A model generated the notes under the pieces. It ran no database searches and was not told where the DNA came from. It was given only the letters and a program-made list of their open reading frames with translations. Below are positions 55,622-64,000 of a stretch of DNA of 64,000 nt, piece by piece. The position numbers and the translations under genes are program-made. The stretch is from NCBI GenBank assembly GCA_951406725.2, contig OX597828.1:43772001-43836000 (forward strand), given 5' to 3'. Position 1 is the stretch's first letter. Each line of letters starts with the position of its first letter. The DNA is from Octopus vulgaris (taxonomy: Eukaryota).

Positions 55622-56023
55622 CAGGGTGCCTAAGGTATTTGAGGACATACCTTTTGGGGCCATTGCAGCATATTTTGCTAACTCTGTATAATCTTTGGTT
55701 CAGAAAATAATAATGGCAGACCTTCAGCTTACCCAAGAAATGGAGAGGCATGCTGTTATTGTGGTTATAAAGGCTGGCCGATTTAGAAATATCTCGATTT
55801 TTAAAATTTGCCAGATCTTTCGTCTACAAAGTTCCAAGGAGCTAGAAACCGGAGGTGGAAACGTATCACCAGTATCAAAGCTTAAAGGCATTCTGCACGC
55901 TCTGGAATCATCACAACACCTGAATTTATCCAGCAAATTCAAAGACCATTGATTACAATCCCAGAGAAATCCATGACGTCAATTGAAAAAATCTCCATGT
56001 GTCAGATGGAACAGTCAGAAATG
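55622..56023 (+). mobile_element. maT/Tc1-like transposon 5' end, frameshifted
   Basis: TA|CAGGGTG terminus; MADLQLTQEMERHAVIVVIKAG..DLEISRFLKFARSFVYKV..TPEFIQQIQ..LHVSDGTVRN; homologous to 2790-3590. Confidence 0.8.
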
Positions 56024-56186
56024 GATCTAGACAAGGCAACAGATGTAAGACAGAAGCGATGTAGAACAAGTTTTTGAGCTGAAAAAAAGCTTTTGTTGAC
56101 GATCTTGAACGTGAGTAATAGGGAGAAAATTCAAACTGTGGGTCTAACGAAAATAAGGAGAACAAGAGGGGGAGATAGAGATGGAT

Positions 56187-56226
<40 letters not shown>

Positions 56227-57680
56227 TATACGCCATCATAGAGTATCCAAGAGGAAACCACTATACAAAGAAGTGAGAAATGGTTGAAGCTCATCTGTTG
56301 CTCGAGATGAAGGCAACGACATTTGTTTTATTGATTCTACAGAGGGTGAAGCCTATTTTTGAGTGACATAACACTAATTCTCTTGTAGACCTGGGTTTAT
56401 GAATCCGCAATAGTGAACGTTAAGAGAGAAGATAGGCAGGTAATGAGAAACGACACTGCAGTTGGGAAATTAGAGGAGTTGTACGTCGAGTAAACGATAC
56501 GTCCTAACGTGGAATTCCGTAACGTGAAATTCCGTAACGTGAAACTTGATTTCCATGGGCTTCCCGATTATGTTAGAATCAATAAGAAATATGATTCACA
56601 TTAATGAATTTCAATTCTTGATAAGATTTTCTGATACGTTATGTTTTCGTAACGTAGAAGTATGCTGTAACTAGTAAAATACATTCGAAAATACTTTTTA
56701 AAAAAATGACAAAAATAGAGAATAATAAAAGATAATAATTGCTTGTGGAAAGCGTAATGTTTTAATATTAAGATTCTGAGGAAATTTAACCAAATATTTC
56801 TTTAAACCTTTTCGCTTACGGAAGAACGAAGTAAGATTCTGAGAAATTTAGCTACAACAACAACGAAGGACAGAATATCCCACAACAACCATGGCAACGA
56901 TAATAAGAATAGCAACAAAGCAATATTAATAAATTTTAGATATTAGAAGACAAAAAAAATGAGGATAATATATACTCGCAGCTCTGACAAAGGTTTTTAG
57001 CAACAAAAAAAAGAATATATATATTTGAAAAAATAATGAAAGAAAAAATTGTATATATTCCTAAGGTACTTTTTGTTGCTAACATATTTCTCCATTAAAA
57101 ACGCTAATGGAATGAAGTTATAATTCTACCATTTCTTTTAATTTTTTAATGTTATATTTTATCTTATTTTTCTTTTTACCATTTTCATTCAGAATCGTAC
57201 TTTCGGTAGTTGATAGTTTAGAGTATCTGTTCAGTTATTATTGTTGTTTTTTTAGTTTGTTTGTTTTTTTCCTTTTACTCTTTTTTTTTTTTACCTAAAC
57301 TCTATAAAAATTATATTCGCATTTTTAAGTGTTGGTTCGAAGTTTGGTAGAGTACCTCCGTGGTTGCTGCCAGTAATGGAGAGAAGACTTAGTTGAAATC
57401 CTTCCATTGTCAATGCCTAAGGACTATCATAGGCCTCTGTCCCCTCTCTCTCTCTCTTTCTCCCTCGCCCTCCCTGTCCCTCTCTCTCTCTGCCCTCCCT
57501 CTCTCTCTCATTCTTTCTCACTTATCTTTCTGTTTGTCACAATTTGACACAGTCTCGTAACTGAATATGCATAAATGATCACTCAAATACCTACATATAT
57601 ATATCTATATTTTTACACACACACACACAATCACACACACACACACATATATATATATATACATACAAGTATATATCTAA

Positions 57681-57733
<53 letters not shown>

Positions 57734-57738
57734 TGTGC

Positions 57739-57979
57739 ATTCTTTTATTCTTTTACTTGTTTCACTCATTTGACTGCGGCCATGATGTACCATTGCCTTA
57801 AAGGGTCTTAGTCGAAGAAATCGACCCCAGGACTTATTCTTTGTAAGCCTAGTACTTATTCTATCGGACTCTTTGCCCAACCGCTAAATTACAGGGGCAT
57901 AAACACAACAGCATCTAATATCAAGCAATAACAGCGGAGGGGTGGTAACAAACACAGACAAACACACAAACACATACAT

Positions 57980-58014
<35 letters not shown>

Positions 58015-58191
58015 CATATATACATATGCGATGGGATTCTTCTAGTATCCCTCTACCAATTCCACTCACACAAAGGTTTGGTCGGCCCGAGGCTATAGTA
58101 GATGACACTTGCACAAGGTGCCACGCAGTGAGACCGAACCCGGAACAATGTGGCTAAGAAGCAAGCTTCTTACCACGCAGTCACACCTGTG

Positions 58192-58194
<3 letters not shown>
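57739..58194 (-). mobile_element. SINE family A, full length
   Basis: Head, internal microsatellite, tail GTAAAAGAATAAAAGAAT. Confidence 0.9.
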
Positions 58195-58237
<43 letters not shown>

Positions 58238-58395
58238 TAGATAGATAGATAGATATATAGATAGATAGATAGATAACTATCTATATATTATATATAAATA
58301 TTATATATAAATTATAATGTTTATTGACAATTCTTGTCTTTTTTTCGGCATATTTGGCATTAGAATTTTTCTTTTGCTCTTATCTTGTAAATTAT

Positions 58396-58455
<60 letters not shown>

Positions 58456-58473
58456 ATAGATAGATGTACATAT

Positions 58474-58536
<63 letters not shown>

Positions 58537-58568
58537 TAAATAGATAGATATACTTATATATATATACA

Positions 58569-58921
58569 TATTTCAACATAATAAATGATATTAGGGTAAT
58601 AAGAATTATAGAAATTATTATTAATAAATTATTGATAATTTCTATAATTCTTATTACCTTAATATTATTTATTATGTTTAAATATTGTTTTTAATTTTCA
58701 ATCCTTTCGAGAATTTATCAATAATTAGGGGTTTGAGATTTCTACTGCTCTTTCTAGCACAAGGCTTTCCTATTTGGAAGCCCCTTAATGTGTTCTAATG
58801 TACACGATATTTTTATGTGAATAATATATAGTCTATTGATTTTTTTTGTGTGCTAGGCCACTGGTAATAATAATTTCTATAATTCTTATTACCCTAATAT
58901 TATTTATTATGTTTAAATATT
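58569..58921. mobile_element. Relative of the 6837/27288 family with 235-bp redundancy and an inverted arm
   Basis: About 50-nt direct repeat at 58635 and 58870; its reverse complement at 58569-58620; shares CTGCTCTTTCTAG and CTAGGCCACTGGT blocks. Confidence 0.7.
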
Positions 58922-59154
58922 TTTTGATAGATATGTTCGAAATTTTTACCGGCATCCTCTCTGTCGCCGGAAAGTACCATTAAGTACCATTAAGATAATC
59001 TCGAAGCCCATTCTTCATAATCCAAATTTCAGTTCTAGAGAGTAGAGAATTTCTCTCCATCAAACTTTATGAAGGCAAGCATTTTAGACTTTGAAATACT
59101 TAACCGTTTATTTGCATTTTAATGCCACCAAAAAAAAAAAAAAAAAAGCCATTT

Positions 59155-59398
59155 TCTTTTTGAGCCACGCCAGGCTCCTAAGGGCCGGTTCCCCGGTTTC
59201 GGTGGCGTAGAAATTCCCCACCTAGACGGGACGCCGGTCCGTATCAGCATTACTCATTTTTGCCACCTGAGTGGACTGGAGCAATGTGAAATGAAGTGTT
59301 TTGCTCAAGAACACAACGCATCGCCCGGTCCAGGAATCGAAACCACAACCTTTCGATCATGAGTTCAACATCTTAACTACTGAGCAACACGCCTCCAC
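59155..59398 (-). mobile_element. tRNA-derived SINE
   Basis: B box GTTTCGATTCC, CTTCATTTCACATTGCTCCAGT core, tail shared with the 45500 copy; possible TSD AATGCCA at 59121 and 59399. Confidence 0.85.
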
Positions 59399-59827
59399 AA
59401 TGCCAGCGAAGATAGTACTAATAGTATTAGTAGTTACCAGCCAAATATGAATTATAATCTTTAGTAAAAATAGCTAGAAAATATTTTTAATACAAAATGT
59501 GTAAAGAAAAAAATGTCCACCTGAGATACAAACATAAAACTACGTGAAGAAAAAGAATATCATCCTTTCGGGATCAATGAAATAAGTACAAGTTGAGCAA
59601 TGAGATCGCTTTAATCGACTTAGACCCTCCTCTAAAATTGCTGGCCTTGTGTCAAAATATGAAACCAGTAGATTCATATGGAGTGTCATGTGCGATCAAA
59701 GTAGGTAAGATATTTAGATCGATGATGTAAAAATAAATCGTGGGTTCTCGTATCATTTTGTGTATATTCTGTCCCACTTCGTTATAAGGTTTATATCATA
59801 AGATATATTTGTGAACTAATTATTTTT

Positions 59828-60125
59828 GAAAAATTTAATCGTTGCAAGATAATTGTGTCTACAGGTAATTATAGAGTCAGATATCTTATTAAGTAAACTA
59901 TTTTTGTTGGATGGGATTCTGTGGATCGCCTCCTTCGTGCATAAATCGCAATTCTTCGAGCTACGGTTGGTGTTAGCTCGCCCATAGCAATCTATATCTT
60001 TTCGAAATGGCCGTTAGACTTTATACATAGATTTTATACTGGCTCCAGATTCCTTATAAATCATTTTACACTCGCTTTATAATCCTCTTCATTGATTCAA
60101 ATTCGAACATTCGGTCTTCGCAAGT
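59828..60125 (-). pseudogene. Penelope-like element GIY-YIG endonuclease C-terminal remnant
   Basis: SSKNCDLCTKEAIHRIPSNKNSLLNKISDSIITCRHN matches the PLE C-terminal pattern SK.C.LC..E...I.....LLNK.SE....CRH; upstream TAISK resembles T.LSK.IW; frameshifted. Confidence 0.7.
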
Positions 60126-61129
60126 ACATTTACGGGCTTATATTTTTATATATTTATATTTATGAATTTTTATGTGTCTATGAACTTTTATATATTTATA
60201 AATGTTCGTGTATATGTATGTATTTATTAATTCTTAGAAATTTTTTATGTATCATATAGACGAATGCATCTATGTATGTATTTCGTTAATATGGATTCAA
60301 TAAATATATACATTGCCCTTTGAATTTGTTTTCTCTCCTCCTTAATTTTATATTCCTGAAGCTCTACCAAAGCGCTAATTGGTTGAGCTGTATAAAGTGG
60401 ATATCTATATCACTTATTCGTTCAAAAAGAAAGTGGAGGGGTAGCCAAAATGGCAAACATCAGCCGGTAGACATTCTATTATGTTTATTTAGGGTGTATT
60501 ATAAGAATAGATACACATGCAAAGACTGTGTGATACACACATGTATACTAGTAATAGTAATAACAGTAATACATAAAAGTTTAAAATATTGAAGAATAAG
60601 TTCATTACGGCCATTTCTGCCAAGAGGTATGCTAGCTCCATCTCTTCAGTGTTCTATTGGGATGTGTAGACAGAGTTTCGATGTTGAGTGTGCATGTAGG
60701 CTTCATCAGAGGGTCTAAATGGTTAGAAGAGCCGATACATATAACAGTTAGTTACTTAATAGGTAAAGTATAAATTTTTTTATTAAAAGGGCATAAGAAG
60801 AATAGGAACAAGACTTAGAGTGTGAGAGGAGTAAAATTTAGTAAAATGGATTAGGTATAGAAAAGGGAAATAAATCATTGATTTGAAGTGTCGCCTTCCA
60901 AGATTCATGTTATTTTGTCCAGTGGTGGAAAGGTAGGTATAGCCGTTCTAAGGATGATATTTTTTTTCGAAAGGGTAAATTTAGGCAGTTGTACCTATTT
61001 TATTTACATATAAATACATGTAATCTTTGTATTTACAGTGGTGGGTTTGAAAGTATGGTCCGTGTTTCACACGTGGAAGTTTATATGTAGGAAGCCAATT
61101 GGTACATACAGTATGGCACCTGGTGGTGG

Positions 61130-61180
<51 letters not shown>

Positions 61181-61181
<1 letters not shown>

Positions 61182-61326
61182 GACGGGTTTCTTTCAGTTT
61201 CGGTCTACCAAATCCACTCACAAGGGTTTGGTCGGCCAGAGGCTATAGCAGAAAACACTTTCCCAAGTTGAAACGCAGTGGGACTGACCTCGGAACCATG
61301 TGGTTGGGAAACCACTCCCGTGCCTA
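61181..61326 (-). mobile_element. SINE family A 5' half
   Basis: Head only, ending at a (TA)n tract. Confidence 0.8.
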
Positions 61327-61500
61327 TATATATTAACAGCTTAGTCAGCCCGCAATAGCATTTCTCGTAAAATTTCCCGAAAAGGAGCTCCCTCACCTGA
61401 AATATTGAAAAATATGTTAGAAGTACAAAGTATTGACACGTATTATCTTTTATGAATTATGTTGTTTTAGCTTTATTGAAACACACACATACAGACGCAA

Positions 61501-61553
<53 letters not shown>

Positions 61554-61607
61554 CGTATATATACATATATACATATATATACATATATACATATATATAC
61601 ATCCATG

Positions 61608-61813
61608 TTGATTCGTTAGTTACTGCACGCATTTTTTTTCTCTCCTTCTTTCTGTGTTTTTTTTCTCTCTGTGTATCTTTCTGTTGAAGAGCGTAGGCTC
61701 GAAACGTAAAAGACTTGTTTTATTTATATTTCCTGAGCGCCATACTAATACAATTGTTTGTTTGTTTCCCACCTGCCTTCGTCTTTTGTCTATTTTCATA
61801 AAGCTTCCCGTTA
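61608..61813 (+). mobile_element. Copy of the variant-hammerhead repeat family (motif at 61676-61713)
   Basis: UCUUU-CUGUUGA-A-GAGC(GUAG)GCUC-GAAACGUA-AAAGA; very similar to 6595-6805. Confidence 0.8.
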
Positions 61814-62056
61814 TACATATATATACATATATATATATACATATATATACTAGTAATAATAAGAATTATGATGAACTAGCATTAACATTTTATTTAATTA
61901 TTTTTAAATATATATATAGCTTGAAATAGACCTACACATGTTTCTATTACTGCAACATTACTATAATAACGGTGCATTAACACAGACACCTACAAATAGG
62001 TGTGCCTGCGCAGCTAAGTATAACTATATATAAATATATATATATATTTATATACA

Positions 62057-62671
<615 letters not shown>

Positions 62672-62674
62672 TAC

Positions 62675-62714
<40 letters not shown>

Positions 62715-63364
62715 TTTTATTTTCATTCGTCCAAGTTTATGCTGTATATATATTTACTTTGAATTTTATATATCGCAAAAAGTTAAGTTACAAAACAAGA
62801 GGAAAGTTTGCTTCTCTTCGTAGAAAATAAAAGAAATCGTTGGCTTCAGACGAGCCATCGAAACATAATCCTCGACCAGCCACTTACATCCTCACCATCA
62901 GAGACAATTTAATAAACCTCACGTCGTACCCATAAAAATAAACAGCAAACCAAATCAAAAAAAGATTAGATATAGAAAAAAAAAATGAAACAACAAGCAA
63001 AATGTTCAGAGTATAAATAAAAAAATTCCTTTCTTATTTCCCAAGAGAAAACTTGAAAGAGAATGGTTAAATAAATAAATTATTATACAAGACTGATGTA
63101 GCTTAGAAAGAATAAAGACAATGCCTTCAGCTTACCACAGATAAAAACATTCACACCTAAAACATTATGTATTTCACGTAATTTGCCAGTTTCATTTAAG
63201 ACGCATATTTATCGTTTTTATACTGCAATAACGAGAGATAATGAAGGGACAAAAAAATAGTGTAACGCCCCCTATGAGGAGAAAATGAAATCATTGCTGC
63301 TGCATCAACACCGACACCTGCATATGGGTGTCTCTGTGTACCTATGTATAGGTATGTTTATATT

Positions 63365-63435
<71 letters not shown>

Positions 63436-63520
63436 AGAGTGAGAAAGAGAGAGCGAGAGAGATAGAGACAGATAGACAGACAGATAGGTAGATTGTTGGA
63501 CGAACAGACAGATATAAGTT

Positions 63521-63553
<33 letters not shown>

Positions 63554-63672
63554 ATGTATATAAATGCACATACATGTATACATACATATATAGATATATT
63601 TACATATAGATATATACATACATGCCTGTATATATAGACATCAAGCTACACACACACACACACATACATACA

Positions 63673-63715
<43 letters not shown>

Positions 63716-63756
63716 TTTTTCACATACAGAAATATATGCATTAATACACACACACA

Positions 63757-63827
<71 letters not shown>

Positions 63828-63955
63828 TTCTATTGTAAAAGTAAAACAATGCTATATGTTGGACGGAAAGCAACGTTGACATAAAGGAGTGAATACCCGA
63901 ATGTACAACTGAATATTTTCTCGGTAATACAGCTTATTGATTGCTTAATTATTTA

Positions 63956-64000
<45 letters not shown>

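Noticed and set aside
60600-60715. Two hammerhead core-like sets on the minus strand (CUGAUGA..GAAAC-UCU-GUC; CUGAAGA..GAAAU-GGCC-GUA)
   Set aside because: Neither stem I nor stem II could be paired convincingly; possibly relics but unsupported.

Overview
AT-rich eukaryotic (animal) non-coding DNA, very probably octopus/coleoid cephalopod. This is inferred from the SINE families and the extreme TA/CA/GATA/trinucleotide microsatellite load. I find no credible intact host protein-coding gene; the ORF track is almost entirely translated microsatellites and antisense SINEs. The window is a mosaic of several modular tRNA-headed SINE families, truncated LINE 3' ends (CR1-like, RTE-like), decayed Tc1/mariner transposases and a Penelope-like (PLE) GIY-YIG remnant. 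The main hidden signal, read by eye on both strands, is a dense population of type I hammerhead ribozyme (HHR) motifs. There are about 6 with intact cores, about 8 partly decayed, 4 copies of a conserved non-canonical CUGUYGA variant, and a tandem array of half-ribozymes, from roughly 10 sequence-unrelated families. Most have a palindromic mini stem III, and many sit in short non-coding units flanked by (TA)n and arranged as divergent inverted repeats. One unit (6837-7516) is a 489-nt terminally redundant monomer with one HHR, the pattern expected of a retrozyme/PLE pseudo-LTR copied from circular or concatemeric RNA. All structures were paired by hand; no folding, alignment or database search was run, and coordinates of decayed elements are approximate.
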